A stretch of DNA of 64,000 bases from Candidatus Enterousia sp. (GTDB lineage: Bacteria; Pseudomonadota; Alphaproteobacteria; Rs-D84): NCBI GenBank assembly GCA_045592905.1, contig JAZNVR010000024.1, positions 1,528-65,527 on the forward strand. Direction: 5' to 3'. The position numbers and the translations under genes were made by a program. Shown one piece after another: positions 17,170 to 27,956 of the stretch. Numbering within the stretch: position 1 is the first letter of the stretch; every line of letters begins with the position of its first letter. The notes under the pieces are model-generated. The model was not told where the DNA came from. It saw nothing but the letters and a program-made list of their open reading frames with translations, and searched no databases.

Positions 17170-18696
17170 ATGACGTTTACAAAATCGTTCAAGTTTAATG
17201 TTTCTATTTTTTGTTTGGTCGGGCTGTTATGTCTGCCAACGTTTGGTGAAGAATATGGTATCCAAGAAGCGTGGGACAACCCAACCGCAAATATGGCCAG
17301 TGGCAGTATCAAGCCAGGGTATGCACAATTATCTTGGTCATCTGGTACAGTGTTACCAATCAAACTGCGTAACGGCATGGTTACGATGATAACGTTGCCA
17401 AACGGTGAACAAATTGCAGATGCGTTTGTTGGGAACCAAGGATTATTCTCTATTCAAGCAACCCAGGGTGACAGAACGATGTTCATATCGCCAGATGCGA
17501 CAAACCAAGGTTCTGATACAAATTTGATTGTAACTGGAAAATCAGGAAACAAATACATATTTTATTTACGTAGCGAACCATCAAATTCCAGCGAAATAAC
17601 ATATTCACAGGTTGATGTATTACTGGATGGGAATGCAAATCTGCCAATGGCAGGAACTGCAACGGCCTCATCTGGGGGTGCAAAATCTATATTCAAAAAA
17701 TCAGCCCCCACGACCAGTGTTGTTGGTGTTGATGGCGAAGATTACGGATGGATAAAATCAATGAAAATTGACCCATCTGAATTTAGATTTGATTTAGATA
17801 TCTTTGTGCCAAATCCAGACGATTATGTAATTGCACCAGAACGTGTATGGCGTGATAGAATATTTACATATATTGACTTTGGCGACAAGGTTATATCAAT
17901 GACACAACGCCCTGTTGTATCATTATTAGTAGAAGGTGGTGAATCACCTGTGGGATTCCGCACAGATGGTGAAGACGGCAGATTATTAATAGTAGAGGCT
18001 GTTGGCGACATGGTTCTGCGTAGTGGTCAACGCATTGTTTGTATAAAAAAGCGTGAAAAACCATTCTTGATTGCAGACACAGCATCAGTTATGGCATTAG
18101 CAGAAGCAAATGTTGCACAAAGCATGCTGTCTGGACAATCACTGAACAATATTGCGTATACAGACAGTATGGCCGCAATGAGTATGGGTACAAACTATAC
18201 AGGAACACCAATGTATGTTGGTAATACAGGAACAGTAAACCCAGCCACTGGTGCAGGATATTATATGCCCGCAGGATTTACCGTACCCCAGGTAATGCCA
18301 TCATCTGGCAGTGTTGTTAACATGTTACCACAGGAACGGAATACAGCCGGGGCATATTTACCACAAACAAATATTCCACTAATTGCCAGCAATCAAACAG
18401 GTGTTGCAATTGAATTGAAATCAGACACTTCTGTCAAGGCACTTGAAAATCACTGGACGACATTGTTGGCAAAATTTAGCGGTGAAGACGGCCAGGGATT
18501 ATTAACACCATATAAAGACATGGTATTCTTTGCCGTTGACGAACAAGGCGTTGGTGATTTAGGGGCAGCATCTTCTGCAGCACGTCAATATCGTCTGCGT
18601 ATTGGGCCATTTGCAAACATTGAAACAGCACAAAGCCTGTGTGATAAATTGCTGAAAGTCAGCGGAACCAGTTGCAGTGTTGTTCGTATGCAATAA
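17170..18696 (+). CDS. virB9: VirB9/CagX/TrbG-like protein with a C-terminal SPOR domain
   Basis: Signal peptide (..LLCLPTFG/EE). N-terminal VirB9 domain (NLIVTGKSGNKYIFYLRS) and C-terminal VirB9 domain (RIFTYIDFGDK..RPVVSLLVEGGESPVGFRTDG..LIVEAVGDMVLRSGQRIVCIKK). Then a roughly 110-aa S/T/G/M/N-rich linker and a SPOR-like end (VAIELKSD..YRLRIGPFANIETAQSLCDKLLKVSGTSCSVV). Confidence 0.85.
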   Translation: MTFTKSFKFNVSIFCLVGLLCLPTFGEEYGIQEAWDNPTANMASGSIKPGYAQLSWSSGTVLPIKLRNGMVTMITLPNGEQIADAFVGNQGLFSIQATQGDRTMFISPDATNQGSDTNLIVTGKSGNKYIFYLRSEPSNSSEITYSQVDVLLDGNANLPMAGTATASSGGAKSIFKKSAPTTSVVGVDGEDYGWIKSMKIDPSEFRFDLDIFVPNPDDYVIAPERVWRDRIFTYIDFGDKVISMTQRPVVSLLVEGGESPVGFRTDGEDGRLLIVEAVGDMVLRSGQRIVCIKKREKPFLIADTASVMALAEANVAQSMLSGQSLNNIAYTDSMAAMSMGTNYTGTPMYVGNTGTVNPATGAGYYMPAGFTVPQVMPSSGSVVNMLPQERNTAGAYLPQTNIPLIASNQTGVAIELKSDTSVKALENHWTTLLAKFSGEDGQGLLTPYKDMVFFAVDEQGVGDLGAASSAARQYRLRIGPFANIETAQSLCDKLLKVSGTSCSVVRMQ

Positions 18697-18725
18697 ATGA
18701 TTGTACTTATAGTGTGGGTAATAAA

Positions 18726-21200
18726 ATGAAAAATCTGAAACAGCAGTTCGCAGAGTTAAAAGAAAATACACCAAAACATATTCAATGGTTGTTGTTGGTG
18801 GCTGCGTTTATTGTGGTGGTAATTCTGCTGACGTTGCTGTTCGGTGAAAAGAAACAAACTGATTTATCAAACACAAATAAAACGGTACCTGTGCTAAATA
18901 TAGAACCAGATATTGTAAATTGGTCTGATGTTACAGTAGGACAAAAGAAAACCCAACCAATTAAAATTACTGCGTCTGCACCGGTAAAAATAAAAGATGT
19001 AAGATTACATAAAGAAATTGCTGGTTTTCATATCACAGATACATGCAAGGCAATCCGACAGATTAACGACAAAGTTGCATGTGTAATAACTGCAATATAC
19101 GAACCAACCAAGGCCGCAAATACGGAACAATTACCAATATTTATTGATTGGTATGACGCAGCGGAATCAGAAACAATGACACATTCTGACAAGATAGTTT
19201 TATCGTTGGGTGCTGTTGCACCGGTTGTTGAAAAACAATCAGAACCAATTGTTGAACAGAAATCTGAACCTGTGGTTGAAGATAAAAAAGAACCAGTTGT
19301 TGAACAGAAATCTGAACCTGTGGTTGAAATACCAGACACAACAGAAAACTTAAAAGAACCAGAAGAAACAAAAGAAAAAGATATTGAACAATCAGAACCA
19401 ATACCTGTGAAGCAAGAAATTAAAAAGGATATAGAATCTATTGCACCAGCAATCAATTTTGACGAGGATTCTTATACCCCACCACCAGAAACATGTTCTG
19501 ACTTTGCGTTTCCAGGATATGATAATTCTGGTCGTCAAATCGGCTGGATTAAACCCGAAGGCGGAACATATAAATTCCATCCATTTTCTGATACAGAATG
19601 CAATAATCCAACTGGTATATATAACCCAAACAATGGGATTATTACAGATATAAACAGCAAAGGAAAAAGAATCGGTACAGACGCAGAACATATTGGACGT
19701 GCAATAACAATTGACGGGAAATTACCAGAACTGTCAAATGCACCAGCAATAAAATCTGTTAATCGTGCAAGACAATTATCCAACGACGAACTGGATTTAG
19801 GTGCCGCCATTCAAATAGGCACAGGTGCAGGCCACTTGACCAGTGAAGGGATAAAACCATTCAGCAATACTATCAACCCTGCCCCAAAACAAGATGTTTC
19901 TTATGAATCTACGGGGCAAGATACCGTTGTGTCATCAGAAATACGTGACAGACAATTCTTGTTGCGTCAATATAAACCGATTCCTGCAACAATTGTGTCT
20001 GATGTTCGTGCAGACCCAGAAGCATTGGCAAACAGCCATCTGCCTGTACGTGCAACCGTAGACAGAAATGTGTATTCTGATAACGGTCGCAACGTTATAA
20101 TTCCAACTGGTACATTAATGTTGGGATACGTTACTGGAAAATTACCTGGACCATATACATCTATTGGCAGAATGGATATAAAATGGTACCAATTTATATT
20201 GCCAAATGGTGTTGAATTTAATTTTGGTGAAAACGCACCGTTTTCTGGCGATGCCCAAGGACGCTCTGGCATCCCAGGATATGGAAGTACGGATTATTTG
20301 GAACAATTCTTTATGCCAATGTTGACTGCAATTGTCCCAGCAACTGTTAATTTGATTGCACCTATTAGTGATGCGTTCGTTAATCAAATTGATTTAGATA
20401 ATAACACTGTTGTACAAAGTGGCACAATGCGTTCATCAGAAATGGCAAAAAATGAAATTATATCGGCATGGAACAGTGTTGCACAAAAATTATTGGTTGA
20501 TATGATGGATAATACAGTTCCCCCATTTACCATTGCAGCTGGCACACGTATCACAGTATATTCACCTGTTGATTTAATGGTTACATGTGGTGCCCCAGCA
20601 GATCATCCTGGTAAAAAATGTGCAGTGCACGCATATGGTTCACAGACACGTAACACAAGGTATAGTGATGCCGAGCCAAACTATAATGACGGTTCATGGG
20701 TTGGACAATCAAGATCATTTAATATTGGTCAGTTTTGTGTTACAAAAGATGGGAAACAAACGGCAGATTCAAAATGTAAGAAGCCTTCTGAGTGTGATGG
20801 GTATGATTACAGAACTGTATTAATGTACTGTGAATCATTAAACTATAAAACAAAAACAGAAGTTCAAATGGATGCATATAAACAAAGTTCACAGGAAAAA
20901 TACCAAGAAACATATGGTGGCGGGTACGACAGCAAAACAGGTAAATTCCAAGGTAATTCAACACAACAGGCGGCATATGATGAAATGGTTGGAATTACAT
21001 ATGACGAAGATGGGTTTGTTGAAAATCCATTTGGGTCCCCAGAACCTGCTGCACCAGAAGAACCAGTTATGACATGTCTTGATGGTTCTTTACCAGATGC
21101 AAACGGTTGCTGTGCTGGTGAAATTTATACAGATATGGGCGAAGCAGGATTTAACTGTTGTCCAGAAACAGGTGGCGACTGTTTCCCACCAATAAAATAA
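18726..21200 (+). CDS. virB10: VirB10/TrbI-like protein with extra N-terminal and Cys-rich C-terminal regions (824 aa)
   Basis: TM helix (WLLLVAAFIVVVILLTLLF) and an acidic/Pro repeat linker. TrbI/VirB10 domain: IPATIVSDV..VYSDNGRNVIIPTGTLMLGY..IKWYQFILPNGVEF..DAQGRSGIPGY..PPFTIAAGTRITVYSPVDL. About 205 extra C-terminal residues carry 12 Cys. ATG at 18726 preferred over the TTG at 18672. Confidence 0.85.
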   Translation: MKNLKQQFAELKENTPKHIQWLLLVAAFIVVVILLTLLFGEKKQTDLSNTNKTVPVLNIEPDIVNWSDVTVGQKKTQPIKITASAPVKIKDVRLHKEIAGFHITDTCKAIRQINDKVACVITAIYEPTKAANTEQLPIFIDWYDAAESETMTHSDKIVLSLGAVAPVVEKQSEPIVEQKSEPVVEDKKEPVVEQKSEPVVEIPDTTENLKEPEETKEKDIEQSEPIPVKQEIKKDIESIAPAINFDEDSYTPPPETCSDFAFPGYDNSGRQIGWIKPEGGTYKFHPFSDTECNNPTGIYNPNNGIITDINSKGKRIGTDAEHIGRAITIDGKLPELSNAPAIKSVNRARQLSNDELDLGAAIQIGTGAGHLTSEGIKPFSNTINPAPKQDVSYESTGQDTVVSSEIRDRQFLLRQYKPIPATIVSDVRADPEALANSHLPVRATVDRNVYSDNGRNVIIPTGTLMLGYVTGKLPGPYTSIGRMDIKWYQFILPNGVEFNFGENAPFSGDAQGRSGIPGYGSTDYLEQFFMPMLTAIVPATVNLIAPISDAFVNQIDLDNNTVVQSGTMRSSEMAKNEIISAWNSVAQKLLVDMMDNTVPPFTIAAGTRITVYSPVDLMVTCGAPADHPGKKCAVHAYGSQTRNTRYSDAEPNYNDGSWVGQSRSFNIGQFCVTKDGKQTADSKCKKPSECDGYDYRTVLMYCESLNYKTKTEVQMDAYKQSSQEKYQETYGGGYDSKTGKFQGNSTQQAAYDEMVGITYDEDGFVENPFGSPEPAAPEEPVMTCLDGSLPDANGCCAGEIYTDMGEAGFNCCPETGGDCFPPIK
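19251..19328 (+). repeat. In-frame tandem repeat inside virB10 (30-nt exact copies, 48-nt period)
   Basis: GTTGAACAGAAATCTGAACCTGTGGTTGAA at 19251-19280 and 19299-19328. It encodes reiterated (E/K)x(K)(S/K)EP(I/V)VE octapeptides. Confidence 0.85.
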
Positions 21201-21226
21201 TCAAATACACTTGATTAATAATTATC

Positions 21227-21252
21227 AGTACGCATTCATGCGTACTTTTTTT
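21227..21252 (+). terminator. Intrinsic terminator after virB10
   Basis: AGTACGCAT..ATGCGTACT stem followed by T7. Confidence 0.8.
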
Positions 21253-21428
21253 ATTAAACAAATGTATATCCAAATGAATAGAAACGATTCGCACAACAAA
21301 ATAAAAAAATTATGTCCGAATCTATTTTCCTGTCTGAACTTCAACCAATGGTTGTAACATTTTACAGGAATCTTTTCTTAGGTTATATATCATACTAAAC
21401 AATTAAAAGTAAAAAGGAGAAAGAAAAA

Positions 21429-21773
21429 ATGACATCAACATTCGCAATAAATGTATCGGTTGAAAAATTCCAATCTGCAGAACAACTGTGGTTTTGGTTT
21501 TTATATTCCAAATCTGTACGTAATGGTTTTTCAAGAATACATTCTAATCCAACAAAACGACCCTGCGAAATACTGGATGTTGAAACAATGATTACTAAAT
21601 TATATTTATCAGGTAAATTAAATGACGAGCAATTACAAACAATGAAAAAATTTGGCGATAAACGTCGTGCACCACATCAGTATATATGGAATGAAAATCG
21701 TGCGGCTGCACAATGGAAATCTGCAATGGATGTTATAGAACATACTGCACAAAAATTAGGATGGATTGAATAA
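21429..21773 (+). CDS. Hypothetical protein (114 aa)
   Basis: Strong RBS AAAAGGAGAAAG 6-8 nt before the ATG; balanced composition; no motif I can name. Confidence 0.6.
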   Translation: MTSTFAINVSVEKFQSAEQLWFWFLYSKSVRNGFSRIHSNPTKRPCEILDVETMITKLYLSGKLNDEQLQTMKKFGDKRRAPHQYIWNENRAAAQWKSAMDVIEHTAQKLGWIE

Positions 21774-21833
21774 TAAATATTCGGGGTGCAAATAAAATAA
21801 ACACCCCGAAAAAATAAATAAACGAGACAACAA

Positions 21834-22187
21834 ATGATTATTATTGCTTTTTCTTGTAAAACATCAAAAATAATGCCACGTATTTTTTGTCGTAAATATA
21901 AACACGTTGCACCAATCGCTGTATACAAAGACACAATGATATTATATCAATTCGTAAAACATAACACGATTGTACAAATCAATTTGCGTATGCAAGACAT
22001 AACAAAATTGCAAATGTTTGGTTGGAGATTTATATATTTAACAGGTAATTTATCAAATAAATTCTATCCTGGAAATGCAAAAACATGTGTTCAAATGACA
22101 AAACAAGCCATAGGTATCAAAAATTGGAAAATCCAAACACCTGATGCGTTGTATAAATTTCTGCAACAAATAAAAAATCCCAATTAA
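21834..22187 (+). CDS. Hypothetical protein (117 aa)
   Basis: ATG start with a weak RBS. Ends inside a clean bidirectional terminator, which supports transcription through it. No recognisable motif. Confidence 0.45.
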   Translation: MIIIAFSCKTSKIMPRIFCRKYKHVAPIAVYKDTMILYQFVKHNTIVQINLRMQDITKLQMFGWRFIYLTGNLSNKFYPGNAKTCVQMTKQAIGIKNWKIQTPDALYKFLQQIKNPN

Positions 22188-22197
22188 TGGGATTTTT

Positions 22198-22200
<3 letters not shown>
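22172..22200. terminator. Bidirectional intrinsic terminator (117-aa ORF / ligA)
   Basis: A6-ATCCCA-ATTAA-TGGGAT-T7. Confidence 0.75.
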
Positions 22201-24256
<2,056 letters not shown>

Positions 24257-24258
24257 TA

Positions 24259-25638
24259 TTATTCCAATGTTCGTAGACTTATTTTATCTTCATCTACGAT
24301 GACAAGTTTTCCAGAATTTATATTAAATCTGCGGGCAGCATTAAATCCATCACGCATACCAAACAACTGGTTATCATAAATTGGAAACACACCACGCAAT
24401 AAACATAACTGGTTTGCAATCACAGATTCATTACATACCGCAATCACAGGAATATCAGGTTTGCGACAAGAAATTTCTGTTGCAGCAACAGTATCACGTG
24501 CAAAAACAATAATTGCAGATGCCTTGTTCAAATATGCCATTGATGCCACAGAACGAGACCAATCATTTTCTGGAATATTTTCAACACGTGACCAATCATA
24601 TGGATTTGCAATCGCATCAGCATCAGCATGGATTAAAATATTTGCCATTGTTTCAATCGCATTTACTGGATTAATACCAATCGTTGTTTCTTCAGATGTC
24701 ATTGTTGAATCAGCACGCAAGTATGCAGCGTTTGCAACGTCTGTAATTTCTGCACGTGTTGGAAATTCACTGCTTACCATAGAGCCCAACATCTGTGTTG
24801 CAACAATAACTGGTTTATTCATTTTTCTGCACTCACGAATTATATGACGTGATATTGCAGGCACTTCGGCATATGGGACTTCAACCGCTAAATCACCACG
24901 TGCAATCATTATTCCATCAGATGCAGATGCAATATCAGCAATACGTTCAACCGCATTTGGACGTTCTATTTTTGCAATAATCTTGATTGGATGCGATGAA
25001 TGCTGGGAAATAAAATCACGTACTTCGGCAACATCTTCGGGGCGTTGGACAAATGATATCGCAACATAATCCGGTTTTTTTGTAACAGCATATGCCAAAT
25101 CTGCCCTATCTTTTGCAGTTAATACAGATGTTGATATGTCTGTATCAGGCAAATTAAATCCACGTCTGGACCAAATTTCAGTACCACGCACAACAGTTGT
25201 TTCCACACGATTTTCCCCAACACTGTCAACAACCATTTCAATCTTGCCATCATTTAACAAAATTCTGTCACCAACATTTAATGATAGTAATACATCTGTA
25301 TCAGGCAGTTGAACACGTGTTGAATCACCAGGTGTTTCATCTGAATCAAACACAAACTTTTGTCCAATAGTTAGTGGATATTTGTGTTCTGTCTTGAAAT
25401 TACCAATACGATGTTTTGGCCCCTGCAGGTCAATCATTATCGCAACAGGGATATTTAATTCATTTGATATTTCACGAATCAAATCAATTTTATTACCCTG
25501 AACATCACCGGTATCATGGCTAAAATTCAATCTGCACATATTGACACCAGCACGAATCATTTGCGTAAGTGTTTCCCTGTCTTCGCAATTTGGACCGATT
25601 GATGCAGTAATTTTCGTATATTTATTCATATTTTCCAT
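24259..25638 (-). CDS. pyk: Pyruvate kinase
   Basis: TKITASIGPNC..CRLNFSH N-terminus and a PK-like translation throughout. The true start may be the ATG at 25629 (MNKYTKI..), which has better RBS spacing. Confidence 0.93.
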   Translation of the reverse strand: MENMNKYTKITASIGPNCEDRETLTQMIRAGVNMCRLNFSHDTGDVQGNKIDLIREISNELNIPVAIMIDLQGPKHRIGNFKTEHKYPLTIGQKFVFDSDETPGDSTRVQLPDTDVLLSLNVGDRILLNDGKIEMVVDSVGENRVETTVVRGTEIWSRRGFNLPDTDISTSVLTAKDRADLAYAVTKKPDYVAISFVQRPEDVAEVRDFISQHSSHPIKIIAKIERPNAVERIADIASASDGIMIARGDLAVEVPYAEVPAISRHIIRECRKMNKPVIVATQMLGSMVSSEFPTRAEITDVANAAYLRADSTMTSEETTIGINPVNAIETMANILIHADADAIANPYDWSRVENIPENDWSRSVASMAYLNKASAIIVFARDTVAATEISCRKPDIPVIAVCNESVIANQLCLLRGVFPIYDNQLFGMRDGFNAARRFNINSGKLVIVDEDKISLRTLE

Positions 25639-25719
25639 TCCTGTCTGTTTTTGTTTTTCTTGATTTTTGTCTTTTATGGTATATCATAAAGTCATCAAAT
25701 AAACAAGGGGAAAACAGAA

Positions 25720-25968
25720 ATGAAACAAGCAAATCATGGTGCAATTGACAATCAACAATTAATCAGCATTATTGAACGTATTGAAAAATTAAATGAAGAC
25801 ACTGCTGCAATTGCCGCAGATATCAAAGAAATTTATAGCGAAGCAAAATCAGCCGGGTTTGACCCAAAATATATTCGCCAAATGATCCGTTTGCGTAAAC
25901 TGGACCCAGACGAACTGGACGAAGCAGATGAATTAACACAAATGTATCGTAATGCACTGGGGTTATAA
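25720..25968 (+). CDS. gapR: GapR/DUF2312 (UPF0335) nucleoid-associated protein
   Basis: 82 aa with IERIEKLNED..DIKEIYSEAKSAGFDPKYIRQMIRLRKLDP, the pattern of the alphaproteobacterial GapR family; AAGGGG RBS. Confidence 0.85.
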   Translation: MKQANHGAIDNQQLISIIERIEKLNEDTAAIAADIKEIYSEAKSAGFDPKYIRQMIRLRKLDPDELDEADELTQMYRNALGL

Positions 25969-26282
25969 TGAAAGGTTTTACAAAAACCATTGAAGATTTT
26001 AACTGTGCCCATTGTGGCACAGTTGTTCATGGTAATGGATATACCAATCATTGTCCAAAATGCTTGTGGTCAAAACATGTTGATAATAATCCAGGCGATC
26101 GCAGTGCGACATGTGGTGGAATGATGGAACCTGTAACAGCAGAACCAAATGGTGAACGTTTTATCATCACGCACAAATGTCAAATATGTGGAAAAACAAA
26201 ACGACAGAAAACCGCTGACAATGATGATATAGATAAAATTATTGAATTATCCAACAATAAATCTTTTATTTTTGGAAAATGA
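25968..26282 (+). CDS. RNHCP domain protein
   Basis: FNCAHCG..GYTNHCPKCLWSKHVD..ATCGG..CQICG. TAATG overlap with the gapR stop. Confidence 0.75.
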   Translation: MKGFTKTIEDFNCAHCGTVVHGNGYTNHCPKCLWSKHVDNNPGDRSATCGGMMEPVTAEPNGERFIITHKCQICGKTKRQKTADNDDIDKIIELSNNKSFIFGK

Positions 26283-26310
26283 AAATACGCCCCATTTGGG
26301 GCGTTTTTAT
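26283..26310 (+). terminator. Intrinsic terminator after the RNHCP gene
   Basis: ACGCCCCA-TT-TGGGGCGT followed by T5; overlaps the pyrG stop. Confidence 0.7.
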
Positions 26311-27878
26311 TTCCTGTCCTTGGCAGCACCAACAAACGCATTAAACATTGGGTGTCCATGATACGGACTGGATTGAAATTCTGGATGAAATTGCCCAGCA
26401 ATAAAAAATGGATGATTTTTCAATTCTATCATTTCAGGCAAACGACCATCTGGACTGCGACCAGATATTATCATACCCGCATCTGCAAATTTCTGTTCTA
26501 ATGATATATCCATTTCGTACCTATGACGATGACGTTCGCTGATTTGTGTCGTACCATAAATTTTATACGCCAACGTATCTGGCGTAATTTCACATGGATA
26601 CGCCCCCAGACGCAATGTCCCACCATAATTTTCAGAATCGCAATCGGCAATTATACCAATAACAGGTGTACAATCTTTCTTGAATTCTGTTGAATTAGCA
26701 TCTGTTATTCCCAAAACATTGCGTGCAAAATCAATTACAGCAACCTGCATTCCTAAACATATGCCCATATACGGAATCTTGTTTTCACGTGCATATGTTG
26801 CAGCAGCAATTTTTCCATCAACACCACGTTCACCAAAACCACCTGGGACCAAAATACCATCAACATCAACACATTTATCTGGGCTAAAATCTTCGGCATT
26901 TATCTTTTTAATTTTTACATGCACATTATTTTGAACGCCTGCATGGAACAATGCTTCGTTCAATGATTTATATGCATCTGGAACATCAAAATATTTACCA
27001 ACAACACCAATATTTACAGTTGGAATATCTGCAGACAAATATTTTTCAATCCTTTCAAATCGTGTCATATCACCACGTGCATGTGGCAAACCAAAATGAT
27101 CTGCGATGATATCAAAAACATGTTGTGCTTCATACGCCATTGGTATTTTATAGATATTATCAACATCAATACCACTAATTACGCTTTTAGCAGGTAAATT
27201 GCAGAACATTCCAATTTTATCACGTTCTGATGGTGTTAACATGCGTGGTGTACGAACAATTAACATATCTGCCTGGATTCCATTTTCCAATAAATTACGC
27301 ACAGACATTTGTGTTGGTTTTGTTTTTAACTCGCCAGATTTTTCTAAATATGGTGCCAATGTTAAATGAACAAACATAACATTTCTGCGACCAACATCAT
27401 TTGCAAATTGACGAATTGATTCCAAGAAAATTTTACCTTCTATATCACCAACTGTTCCGCCAATTTCACATACGACAAAATCTGTATCAACAGGGGCAGA
27501 AATATATTCTTTTATCTTGTTTGATACGTGTGGAATCATTTGCACAGTTCCACCCAAATATTCCCCACGTCGTTCTGCATTTAATACATCCCAATAAATA
27601 CGACCACCAGAAACAGAATCGTTTCTTGATAATTTTGCACCCAAGAATCGTTCATAATATCCCAGGTCTAAATCCGTTTCATGACCATCATTTGTTACGT
27701 ACACTTCGCCATGTTGAATAGGCGACATAGTACCAGGATCAATATTTAAGTACGGATCAAATTTACGTGCATGAACAGTGTACCCCCTGGATTGAAGAAG
27801 GGCGCCACACCCTGCCGCTGCGACGCCCTTACCTAAACTGGAAACTACACCACCTGTTATAAAAATATATTTTGCCAT
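26307..27878 (-). CDS. pyrG: CTP synthase
   Basis: MAKYIFITGGVVSSLGKG N-terminus and a glutaminase domain with GICLGMQ. Confidence 0.97.
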   Translation of the reverse strand: MAKYIFITGGVVSSLGKGVAAAGCGALLQSRGYTVHARKFDPYLNIDPGTMSPIQHGEVYVTNDGHETDLDLGYYERFLGAKLSRNDSVSGGRIYWDVLNAERRGEYLGGTVQMIPHVSNKIKEYISAPVDTDFVVCEIGGTVGDIEGKIFLESIRQFANDVGRRNVMFVHLTLAPYLEKSGELKTKPTQMSVRNLLENGIQADMLIVRTPRMLTPSERDKIGMFCNLPAKSVISGIDVDNIYKIPMAYEAQHVFDIIADHFGLPHARGDMTRFERIEKYLSADIPTVNIGVVGKYFDVPDAYKSLNEALFHAGVQNNVHVKIKKINAEDFSPDKCVDVDGILVPGGFGERGVDGKIAAATYARENKIPYMGICLGMQVAVIDFARNVLGITDANSTEFKKDCTPVIGIIADCDSENYGGTLRLGAYPCEITPDTLAYKIYGTTQISERHRHRYEMDISLEQKFADAGMIISGRSPDGRLPEMIELKNHPFFIAGQFHPEFQSSPYHGHPMFNAFVGAAKDRK

Positions 27879-27956
27879 AAGAATACCCCCTTATGTGTAT
27901 CTATCGTACGAAAAATTTTATTGCAGTGCAATTAAATAAATTTCTATACTAAAATT

